The notes under the pieces are model-generated. The model made no database searches. It was given only the letters and a program-made list of their open reading frames with translations, and was not told where the DNA came from. From NCBI GenBank assembly GCA_944364445.1, contig CALVWC010000002.1, positions 1 through 49,615 on the forward strand: DNA of 49,615 bases. Reading direction: 5' to 3'. The stretch's first letter is position 1. Each line of letters begins with the position of its first letter. This DNA comes from an uncultured Clostridia bacterium. Lineage in GTDB: Bacteria; Bacillota; Clostridia; Christensenellales; UBA1242. The translations under genes and the position numbers were made by a program. Shown piece by piece: positions 37,444 through 45,476 of the stretch.

Positions 37444-38757
37444 TTAATCTATATTAAATCTACTATTTAAAGTTTCGCCTATAAGTTTTGCTCGTTCCTT
37501 TTTCTTTTCTGCGAAAATGTTTGCGTAATATCTTTCAGTAGTTTTTATGCTTTCATGCCCTAGATACTGCTTTACCTCATATAAGTCCATACCCATATCA
37601 ATTAGATTTGAAGCACAGGTATGCCTTAAATCATGCCACCTTGTATGAGGCTGAAAATTACACTTTTTTAGTAGTTTGTTGTAAGTGTGAGATAAATAAC
37701 TTGGTGTTATTAAACTTCCATCTTCATGCCTAAAAATAGGGTTAAATTCCATTATACCTTTTTTGTCTTGTAAGTTATAAGGTATAGAAAAAATCTTATT
37801 ATTTTCTTTCCATAAACTTTTATCTTGGCTTTTTACATAATTTTTTATCATGTTAGCAAATTGCTTTGGCATAAAGATTTCTCTCTGTTCGTTTGATTTT
37901 GTATTATTTATAAAGGCTTCATTTTCATTGTTATAATCTAAACTTTTTGATATTAAAACCTTATTCTTTTCAAAATCAAAATCGGCAAGTTCTAATGCAC
38001 ATAATTCGCCACGCCTTACACCTAAATACAAAGAACTTAGCCAAGGCATTTCAAGTTTTTTATAAAAACTTTCAGGCGGATTTTTTATTATCTCTAATAT
38101 TTTCTTTTGTTGTTCAGGTTCTAAAATGGTTATTGGTTTTTTAGGAATAACTACTTGCAGTTTAAAAGTGTCCTTATCAAACTTGTTATACTTAGCTGGG
38201 TTTTTCTCTTTATACACCTTTTCATAGATTGCTAGGTCAAAAATAGGTGATAAAAATTTTGAATAGTGGCTGATAGTATTTTCAGTTCGTCCTTTTGCTC
38301 TTAAATGTTTATAAAAGCTTAAAATATCTTGTTGAGTTATCTCGGTTATCTTTTTATTTTTGAAAAACTTTTCTAAAACATTTACATTTGACTTATAGCC
38401 TCGTTTGGTGTTTGAACGATTTTTCTCACTTTTAATACTTAAATATCTCTCTGCATATTCTTTTAAAGTGTATTCAAATAGTTCTTTACTTTCTACTTGC
38501 AATTTACTTTCATATTCCATTATAAAATCTTTCAGTTTTTGAATGCAGATTTCAGTTGCTTTCGTTAAGTTTCCTTTTTCGTTTAAACCTGTGCTTAACC
38601 ATTTTGGAGTGCTTTTGTGCTTCTCGTGATTGTAATAGTAAAAGTATCCATAATACATTTTATTGGTTTCATTTATGAATATTTTAAGATTAAAAAGTTT
38701 ATTTTCATTGTTTACTTTTACTGATACACTCAATGTTTTACTTTTGTTTTCTTTCAT
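37444..38757 (-). CDS. int: tyrosine-type site-specific integrase
   Basis: C-terminal catalytic motifs (GVRRGEL..L, HDLRHTCASNLI, LGHESIKTTERYY). Adjacent to the att repeat. Confidence 0.92.
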   Translation of the reverse strand: MKENKSKTLSVSVKVNNENKLFNLKIFINETNKMYYGYFYYYNHEKHKSTPKWLSTGLNEKGNLTKATEICIQKLKDFIMEYESKLQVESKELFEYTLKEYAERYLSIKSEKNRSNTKRGYKSNVNVLEKFFKNKKITEITQQDILSFYKHLRAKGRTENTISHYSKFLSPIFDLAIYEKVYKEKNPAKYNKFDKDTFKLQVVIPKKPITILEPEQQKKILEIIKNPPESFYKKLEMPWLSSLYLGVRRGELCALELADFDFEKNKVLISKSLDYNNENEAFINNTKSNEQREIFMPKQFANMIKNYVKSQDKSLWKENNKIFSIPYNLQDKKGIMEFNPIFRHEDGSLITPSYLSHTYNKLLKKCNFQPHTRWHDLRHTCASNLIDMGMDLYEVKQYLGHESIKTTERYYANIFAEKKKERAKLIGETLNSRFNID

Positions 38758-38761
38758 TTGC

Positions 38762-38971
38762 TCACTCCTTTGAGTTATTCATTGTTTGGCTATTTATGTA
38801 AGTGATTAGTTCACTCTTCATAATTCGCCATTGACGACCTATTTTAAAACTTTTGATTGCTCCACTTTGTAAAAGGCTGTAAGCGAATGTTCTTTTAATG
38901 TTCAATAAAAGACACAAATCTTCAAAAGTTAAGATGTCGCCATAATCTTCTAATTTTGCTTTGTTTCTCAT
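38762..38971 (-). CDS. xis: excisionase-family / MerR-like helix-turn-helix DNA-binding protein
   Basis: LTFEDLCLLLNIKRTFAYSLLQSGAIKSFKIGRQWRI resembles excisionase-type HTH_17. Preferred ATG at 38971 follows GGAGAAGGAG. Lies immediately upstream of int. Confidence 0.7.
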   Translation of the reverse strand: MRNKAKLEDYGDILTFEDLCLLLNIKRTFAYSLLQSGAIKSFKIGRQWRIMKSELITYINSQTMNNSKE

Positions 38972-39250
38972 GACTCCTTCTCCCTTTTTTCGGGACGACA
39001 TCTCATAACTAATCATACGGATTTCTCTGCAAAAACCAAGTCTTAGCATAAAAATTTATAATGATTTTCTATGAATAGTCCCTGACTTTTGTTTTAGTAT
39101 TAGACACTGTTGATGTATCTTTTATTCCTTTGTGTTAGTTGATTACTAATGTAAATCAGTTTTTGAAACTATTTTTAAAAAAATTCACCTCCTTTATTTT
39201 AGTTTCATATATATTTTACTTGGCACCAAAAATTTCTTTTTTGCTATATT

Positions 39251-39270
39251 ACATGACATGTAATTTTTAG
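39251..39270 (-). promoter_or_regulatory. candidate operator, copy 1 (ACATGACATGTAATTTTTAG), upstream of xis-int
   Basis: Near-identical to 41744-41762. Contains the palindrome ATTACATG-A-CATGTAAT (39248-39264). Confidence 0.45.
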
Positions 39271-39311
39271 GGTATTTATATGTTAATTTTACACTTGACA
39301 GGCAAAAATAT

Positions 39312-39337
39312 AGGAACCACTATAAAAAATGGTTCCT
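39312..39337 (-). terminator. hairpin terminator of the cargo operon
   Basis: AGGAACCA-loop-TGGTTCCT, 40 nt downstream of the stop at 39379. Followed on the minus strand by ATATTTTT. Confidence 0.65.
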
Positions 39338-39378
39338 TATTAGGTTTTGAAATCTCATATAAATGCCTTTAAACGAAA

Positions 39379-39855
39379 TTATTTTTGATTTTGTAAACTT
39401 ATATAGATGTCCGCTATACTTTCAGTATCATTATCTTTAATTGTTAAACTTAATTTCTTAGCCACATCATGCAATCTATAACTATTGAGTTTTAAATTTT
39501 CTTTTGCCATGTTTAAAACATCAATATTTTTATTTTTAATCTTTGTAAAACGACTTAAAACAGGAATATCAAAGTTTTGCGAGTTGTAGCCGATAAGTAG
39601 ATATCTTTTTATAAATCTCTTTAATTTTTTGATTGCTTGCGTTAATTGTGGGGCAGAGTCTAAGTCTTTTTGATTTATATTAAGAATGTTTAATATTTCG
39701 TTATCTAAATGTTTATTAGGATTTATAAAAGTTGAAAACCTTTCTTTTACTTTTTGATTTTTATATTTAATAGCGTCTATCTTTACTAACTCACAAGTGT
39801 TTATATCTACACTTGTGGTTTCTATATTGAATGCTATAAATTTATGATGTTTCAT
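39379..39855 (-). CDS. DEDD (DnaQ-like) 3'-5' exonuclease-fold protein with non-canonical catalytic positions
   Basis: Exo I-like FNIETT (Asn where Asp is expected), Exo II-like GYNSQNFDIPVL, and no clear Exo III H-x4-D. RBS AAAGGAG. Confidence 0.65.
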   Translation of the reverse strand: MKHHKFIAFNIETTSVDINTCELVKIDAIKYKNQKVKERFSTFINPNKHLDNEILNILNINQKDLDSAPQLTQAIKKLKRFIKRYLLIGYNSQNFDIPVLSRFTKIKNKNIDVLNMAKENLKLNSYRLHDVAKKLSLTIKDNDTESIADIYISLQNQK

Positions 39856-39866
39856 TTAACACTCCT

Positions 39867-40442
39867 TTATCTTAAAATAATTATAAGAATAACTACAATT
39901 GCTATTACGACGATAAATGAGAATAAAACTACCTTTTTAATTTTTCTATTTTTAGTCTTTTTTGCCTCAATATAACACTTTTCAATATAATCTTTGGTAT
40001 AGTTCTCTTCAAGTGCTATATAAGCATTCATTTTATCTATACAAGGCTTCAAAGTATTATTGCTTATTTGGTTTAATTTGGATTTGAACTCTTCTATTTT
40101 TTGCAAGGACTGATTAGCAATAGGATTATAATAAGGCATAAAATACCCATTATGATTAGTTGGTATTTCATTGCATATTAAGGGAATTAAAACTTGTAAT
40201 TCTTCTTCATTTTTCTTTTCGATTTCTTTAAGATAATCTAAAATTTCATTAGGAGTAAATGAAAATGATTGAGTTTTGCGATTTGCTTTATCTTCATGCT
40301 TTAAAAAGTATTCATATAAGGCTTTTGCTCTTTTATCTTCTGGGTATTTCAAATAAGCCTCTAAACTTAATTTAGATGCCACTCCATTTTTTGATATTTT
40401 GGCATTATCATATATAAGAGATATATATTTTTCTAATTCCAT
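39867..40442 (-). CDS. hypothetical protein with C-terminal transmembrane anchor
   Basis: Soluble helical region of about 165 aa, then KKVVLFSFIVVIAIVVILIIIL. Its start overlaps the upstream stop (TAATG). Confidence 0.55.
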   Translation of the reverse strand: MELEKYISLIYDNAKISKNGVASKLSLEAYLKYPEDKRAKALYEYFLKHEDKANRKTQSFSFTPNEILDYLKEIEKKNEEELQVLIPLICNEIPTNHNGYFMPYYNPIANQSLQKIEEFKSKLNQISNNTLKPCIDKMNAYIALEENYTKDYIEKCYIEAKKTKNRKIKKVVLFSFIVVIAIVVILIIILR

Positions 40443-41662
40443 TATTGCCTCGAATGTTTTCTTATTAACTCTATTAAGTTTTGATTATTTAAAATATTGT
40501 CAATATTGTCATCACATGAAAGAACGATTTCTCTTTCTTCTACTAAAAGTTTTTGTAATAATTGAAAAAACTTATCTTGTTCATTTAATTTATTTTTTAA
40601 AAACTGAATATCTGTAATTATGATAAGTTTATAACCCATATATTCATGAACCATTTCCCAGGTTAAGCCTTTACAGAGCATAAGGTCATTGCAAAATTGT
40701 TCGCATGTTATATTTAATATTTGTTCTTTTGAAAACGATTTCGCTAACTTATTTATTTGGGATTTTAAGTTTTTTGCACTATCATTTAAAATTGTAATGC
40801 TCTTATTTTGATAAGTGTGTCGTCTTATTAAATCTATTGCCCATTTTTCTGCTTTTTCATCATTGATAACTATTTCTTGACAGCGAGCAGGGACTTTATA
40901 TTGTCCTAACTCATCAAAACCTTTCTTATCATCTAAACTTTTATATGAGGTTTTGCAACCACTCAATTCTTTAACTTTCCAAGAAGTCTTATTTGTATTA
41001 TCATTATCTCTATCGGTCAAGTTTAAACTTACTGTATAGTCTAATATTCCATAACCTTTTAAATTATTATCAAAGGAGCAGATATCTTTTGCAATATAAA
41101 TCGTATTGTTTTTTATATCTTTATATTTTTTCTTGTTCCAATGTGGTTGATATTTAAGCCATGGATATTTCTTTTTTAATTTCTTTCTTTCAGACCTATT
41201 TAGTGTTTCAGGCTTAATAATTTCTCCAATTTGCATATAGCCCCAAATAACATGCTTGCCTTGCTTTGTAATTTTATTCTCACTGATAAGATTACAATAG
41301 GAGCCATAAAATAAGAATAAATCTCCAACTTTTACAGAATTATTTTCTAAGTGTGTTTGAAAGCCTTCAATCTGTCCTAGGCTGCCTTTAAAGTTTTTAC
41401 AATTAAAATAATTTTCTAGTTGTGGGTCTAGGTGGCAATGCGTTTTAAGAAAAGACTTGTATTTTCCAGCCTCATCACTTTTCATAACTTTTGTGAAAGA
41501 TTTTATATAACTCTCTATATTACCATATTTCAATTTATCGAATTTGTCTGGGATTGGAACGAATTCAATTTTTGTTGTTTTATCATGCCCGATAGGTATA
41601 GGTAGCAAGCACAATGATTTAAAACTACTATCTAAACCTTTTTTACTTAAAATGACTTTCAT
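40442..41662 (-). CDS. fusion protein: uncharacterised N-terminal domain (possibly Nmad3-like) plus truncated DnaA-like AAA+ core with degenerate Walker A
   Basis: N-terminus: MKVILSKKGLDSS...CHLDPQL...LGQ...HL...VKVGDLFLFYG...HVIWGYMQIGEI. C-terminus (aa 283-406): ITCEQFCNDL...YKLIIITDIQFLKNKLNEQDKFFQLLQKLLVEEREIVLSCD, which aligns by eye to DnaA domain III. Confidence 0.6.
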   Translation of the reverse strand: MKVILSKKGLDSSFKSLCLLPIPIGHDKTTKIEFVPIPDKFDKLKYGNIESYIKSFTKVMKSDEAGKYKSFLKTHCHLDPQLENYFNCKNFKGSLGQIEGFQTHLENNSVKVGDLFLFYGSYCNLISENKITKQGKHVIWGYMQIGEIIKPETLNRSERKKLKKKYPWLKYQPHWNKKKYKDIKNNTIYIAKDICSFDNNLKGYGILDYTVSLNLTDRDNDNTNKTSWKVKELSGCKTSYKSLDDKKGFDELGQYKVPARCQEIVINDEKAEKWAIDLIRRHTYQNKSITILNDSAKNLKSQINKLAKSFSKEQILNITCEQFCNDLMLCKGLTWEMVHEYMGYKLIIITDIQFLKNKLNEQDKFFQLLQKLLVEEREIVLSCDDNIDNILNNQNLIELIRKHSRQ

Positions 41663-41743
41663 AATTACACCTCACTTGTAAGAATAATATCATAAAATGT
41701 ATTTTTATGCAAGAAAATGCACTTATAAATGCAAATTATCTTT

Positions 41744-41762
41744 CATGTCATGTAATTTTTAC
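41744..41762 (-). promoter_or_regulatory. candidate operator, copy 2 (CATGTCATGTAATTTTTAC), in the divergent cargo-operon/XRE control region
   Basis: 18 of 19 nt identical to copy 1. On the minus strand it sits in the spacer of a plausible TTGTAA-18-GATAAT promoter. Confidence 0.45.
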
Positions 41763-41820
41763 AAGTTTTATGAAAGGGAGTGCAAGCCTATTGTCAATTA
41801 TAATTTGTATGAGGTGTAAA

Positions 41821-42129
41821 ATGAATAAAGATGATGTAGTTTTAAGAATAAGTCAAGCGAGAAATAGGGCAGGGCTTTCTGCTCGTGATTTAAGTTTAAA
41901 AATAGAAAAGAATGAGGCTTACATATCAAGGTTAGAGTCTAAAAAAGGTAGTTTTGAGCCATCAGTTTCTGCCTTACTTAATATTATTTCGGTTTGCGGA
42001 ATGAGTGAGTGCGAATTCTTTTATTATGACTTAAATCAATATGATAAAGATAAACAGTTGATTGAACTTTTGAGAAAAGTTAAACCTGAGATTAAAGACT
42101 TAATGATTGCATTATTAAAAAAGATATAA
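41821..42129 (+). CDS. XRE-family repressor of the island
   Basis: HTH (RNRAGLSARDLSLKIEKNEAYISRLES). ATG at 41821 follows GAGGTG. Divergent from the cargo operon. Confidence 0.8.
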   Translation: MNKDDVVLRISQARNRAGLSARDLSLKIEKNEAYISRLESKKGSFEPSVSALLNIISVCGMSECEFFYYDLNQYDKDKQLIELLRKVKPEIKDLMIALLKKI

Positions 42130-42193
42130 ATATTTAAGACCGTATCGTCGTAAACCATAATTTTCAAAATTCTTAACTACTTGTTGTATATAT

Positions 42194-42238
42194 GTATTCT
42201 AACTTAATTGATAATAAATCAATTAAGTTGTAGAATAC
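42194..42238. terminator. long hairpin between the convergent XRE and primase-helicase genes
   Basis: GTATTCTAACTTAATTGAT-AATAA-ATCAATTAAGTTGTAGAATAC (one 2-nt bulge). Confidence 0.6.
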
Positions 42239-44100
42239 TAACCCTGATTGAATAGGTTAGTGTTGGTTTCTTCAATCTCTTTATAAAGATTATATGCAGG
42301 GAAAAATTCATAGAATATACTTTCGCCAGCAAGTCCAAATCTATTTTTTAAAAGTATGAGTTCAATCTCTCTTGGATTTTGTTTTTTGGCTAAATCTATG
42401 TCAAAATCTTTTCCTGTGTTTTTGTATTGCATGCCTAAAACTACTTCTGCCGAGAACTCAATGCCACCACTTTCTTTAATACTTTGCATTGATATCTTTT
42501 GAGTGTAGGCATCACGATTGATTGAACTGATTAAAATAATAGGCACTTCAAATTCTTTTATACACTTTTTCATTAAAGCCATAAGTTTGTCCATGTTTTG
42601 TTTATCACTGAAAGAGTCATTTAAAGAAGAGATAAGTTGCATATAATCCACAATAACCACAGGCTTTTTATTCCTTTCCTGTATGTGCTTTTTAATCGTA
42701 TTATAAATATCTAATGCGGTTATTCCATTATTATTTTCAACCACAAAAATATTATTTGCATATTTTCGATAGTTATCTTTTGCTCGGCTTATCACATTCA
42801 TTTCATGCTCTGAATAACTAACATAATGATATGGATTAGAAATCTCGCTTGTGCTTTTTCGGTTAACTGATGGTTCTGTTTCCGCTATAATTCTTGATAA
42901 AGACTTGGCTATTAGTTGATACTTTGACATTTCAAGCGAAAAGATTAAAACATCACTGCCTTGCTTTGCTGTGTAATCGGCTATCTGCATGGTGAAAGTA
43001 GTTTTGCCTAGTGAAGATATAGCACATAAGACATAGATATATGCTCTTAAACCGCCGTCTAACATTTTATCTAACTGATTAAAACCTGTTGAAAGCGGTT
43101 TTGAGTTTTTATTTTTCTCAATATAATTTTCAAAATCAGTCAAAGCATGATAGTTATTAAGTTTATTATATTCGCTTTCTTCTGCTTGTTTCTGCTTGTT
43201 TTGATTTTTCTCTTTCAATATCATATCAACTATACTATGGGCTTGTTTTGAAAAGTTTTCAGCCGATTTCATAAACATTTCGTTAGGGTCTTTATAAATT
43301 CCTAAATCAAAACTTTTCGGCTCTTTAAAGCCTAATTCAATAAGTTTCGCATATAGTTTCTTTTGCTGTGTTTTTCCTGTTTCGTCATTATCAAGAGCTA
43401 AAACAAAAGTAATATTCTTATCTTTGAAAGTGCTAAATATAAGGTTTATATTTTCAGCACTACGCAGACCGACAGCATGAACTCCAATCTGTTCAAAACT
43501 CATAGCGTCAAACTCACCCTCACATACAAAACAATAATCTAGGCAAGTTTTGGCTGACGCCACTTGCCAGTTAAATAACTTAGTTTCTTCCTTTCCATTA
43601 TTCTTTTTATACACTCTTTTATCTTTATCATTTTCTAAATTTCTAATAGTGTATTGCACAGCACTTACAGGTATAACTAGATTACCATACTCACTTGCAT
43701 AGCCAAGTTTAAATCTTTTAATAGTATCTAAATTAAAACCTCTTGAAAAAATAAAACTCTTAGCCTTTTCATCATCTAGTAACGACTCATGCCAATAATC
43801 AAACTTAGTCTTATCTTTGATTTGAGTAGGGAGATATAACTCGCATGCTCTTTTATATGCCTCTTTTTCATTCAAGTTTTCTTTAAATCTTATTAGATTG
43901 AATAAGTCATAATATTGACCACATGCATGACAGTATATCGCCTTTTTATTCTCATAAAATGTAGCACTAGGATGTTTATCTAAATGATTTGGATTAGGGC
44001 AGGTGTATTGTTTTTTATCTATTAAACTCTCACCGAAATTTCCTTGATAATAATCTTTGATAAAAGATTTTAAATTTTCAGTTATTGCATCGTTTTTCAT
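42238..44100 (-). CDS. bifunctional DNA primase / DnaB-like replicative helicase
   Basis: CHC2 zinc finger (CPNPNHLDKHPS...CHACG), Toprim (CEGEFDAMS, ALDNDETGK), and a DnaB/RecA-like C-terminus (SSLGKTTF Walker A, VVIVDYMQLI Walker B). Confidence 0.88.
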   Translation of the reverse strand: MKNDAITENLKSFIKDYYQGNFGESLIDKKQYTCPNPNHLDKHPSATFYENKKAIYCHACGQYYDLFNLIRFKENLNEKEAYKRACELYLPTQIKDKTKFDYWHESLLDDEKAKSFIFSRGFNLDTIKRFKLGYASEYGNLVIPVSAVQYTIRNLENDKDKRVYKKNNGKEETKLFNWQVASAKTCLDYCFVCEGEFDAMSFEQIGVHAVGLRSAENINLIFSTFKDKNITFVLALDNDETGKTQQKKLYAKLIELGFKEPKSFDLGIYKDPNEMFMKSAENFSKQAHSIVDMILKEKNQNKQKQAEESEYNKLNNYHALTDFENYIEKNKNSKPLSTGFNQLDKMLDGGLRAYIYVLCAISSLGKTTFTMQIADYTAKQGSDVLIFSLEMSKYQLIAKSLSRIIAETEPSVNRKSTSEISNPYHYVSYSEHEMNVISRAKDNYRKYANNIFVVENNNGITALDIYNTIKKHIQERNKKPVVIVDYMQLISSLNDSFSDKQNMDKLMALMKKCIKEFEVPIILISSINRDAYTQKISMQSIKESGGIEFSAEVVLGMQYKNTGKDFDIDLAKKQNPREIELILLKNRFGLAGESIFYEFFPAYNLYKEIEETNTNLFNQG

Positions 44101-44151
44101 ATTTTATTCACTCCTATATAATTTTATTTTTTTAAGATTTATTTTATATTT

Positions 44152-44267
44152 TGACGGCTGGCGTAAGCCGTCAAGCCGTCAAGATTATTATTAAGCCTTA
44201 GGGCTTAATTCTTAAAGACTTTTTTTAGATTTATTAACACCTTTAAAGCCTTGTATTTAAAGGTGTT
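44152..44267. other. cluster of three perfect hairpins plus a tandem AGCCGTCA repeat (candidate ori / single-strand initiation region)
   Basis: TGACGGCT/AGCCGTCA (44152-44173) with a second AGCCGTCA at 44174-44181. TTAAGCC/GGCTTAA (44191-44208). A 12-bp AACACCTTTAAA/TTTAAAGGTGTT (44236-44267). Confidence 0.5.
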
Positions 44268-44334
44268 TAGCCTTTTTAATCTTTCGTAAAATAAAACCGA
44301 TTAGTATCGTTTGAATATTGTTAGAGTTTGCTTT

Positions 44335-45279
44335 TCAGGGTGGACGGATTTCATTTTTTGTGTTCTCATCGGTTGGTATCGTTTCTTCAACTTTTCCTAA
44401 CTCTATTTTGCTGTTGTGTGCTGACTTTTTGAAAGAAAAGTGCATTTTTAGTTCTAAAAATTGATATAAACTTATTTTCTTTAAGTGTTGTTTAGTGTTA
44501 TTTAAGTCCACTAAATACCAATCAATGATATTAGATAATCTTTTCATATCTCGCATGAAAGGATTTATTATTCTTTGATTTGTTTGTCCTGCTTTTTTGA
44601 TTTCTGTATAGTTTTTAGGTATATCAGGGCAATAGTCTAAAAGAGTTCTTATTAAGATATTATTCACTCTTTCGGGCTTGTTTCGATTAATATTATTTAG
44701 ATATGATAAAGCCCATAAAATGTAAAAAGAGTTGGGGTTTAAGTGGGTGTCTATCCTAAAAATTTCAGTTGATAAAATCATTTTAGGAAAGGTGTTGTAA
44801 AGTTGTATAAAATCTTCGTTTAAGATTATTTGTATTTCGCCATTTGAAAATTTTGTATAACTGCTAAAAATATTCATTTTAAAGGTGTCTATTACTGGCT
44901 TTTTATCTTTACCTATCTTGTTATAATTTCTATCTTTAAAACCTATATGAAAACTTAAAAGGCTGCTTAAATCTTGATTTATCTTTCTTCTTGCACTTAC
45001 AGGGTTAGATATGTTTCTAAGTTCCATATAATCTTTAAGTGGAATATTGATAGTTCGATATTCTTTTGTAAGGCTTAATGCACTTGCTTTCACTAAAATG
45101 AAAATAAATAGTTGTAGTGTTGACGGCTTTAAATTTAATTCTTTCGATTTGTCGAGAATAAAATAAAATTCGTTTGTGCCTATTGTTTCTTTAAGGTTAT
45201 CTACCTTATATAAATTTTTGTTAAAAGTGATTAAGTTGTTGATTACATTTTTTTGTTTAATTTCTACATATTCGTCCAT
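44335..45279 (-). CDS. putative replication initiator / DNA-binding protein of the island
   Basis: 314-aa ORF (ATG 45279 follows GGAG by 6 nt), upstream of the primase-helicase. The call rests on position only; no motif was recognised with certainty. Confidence 0.4.
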   Translation of the reverse strand: MDEYVEIKQKNVINNLITFNKNLYKVDNLKETIGTNEFYFILDKSKELNLKPSTLQLFIFILVKASALSLTKEYRTINIPLKDYMELRNISNPVSARRKINQDLSSLLSFHIGFKDRNYNKIGKDKKPVIDTFKMNIFSSYTKFSNGEIQIILNEDFIQLYNTFPKMILSTEIFRIDTHLNPNSFYILWALSYLNNINRNKPERVNNILIRTLLDYCPDIPKNYTEIKKAGQTNQRIINPFMRDMKRLSNIIDWYLVDLNNTKQHLKKISLYQFLELKMHFSFKKSAHNSKIELGKVEETIPTDENTKNEIRPP

Positions 45280-45426
45280 AAAAATCTCCATTTTTTATAA
45301 ATTTTTTTGATTTTTATCTTCGAACATAGAAAACTGCATAGAAAAATGATATTTACACTTTCTGTAAACACCTTATAATCTCAAAAAATTTTTATTTTCT
45401 ATGGTTTAATTTTGTGTAATACATAG

Positions 45427-45463
45427 AATAAAAAATAGAGAGATAGGTCTAAATCTCTCTATT
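45427..45463 (-). terminator. Rho-independent terminator of tRNA-Lys
   Basis: AATAGAGAGAT-loop-ATCTCTCTATT, followed on the minus strand by TTTTATT. Confidence 0.75.
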
Positions 45464-45476
45464 TTCCGTTGGTAAG

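Noticed and set aside
39180-39200. Strong minus-strand SD-like AAAGGAGGTGAA with no gene
   Set aside because: No ATG/GTG/TTG-initiated ORF of meaningful length follows; the longest is about 10 codons. It may be a vestige or part of the xis-int leader.
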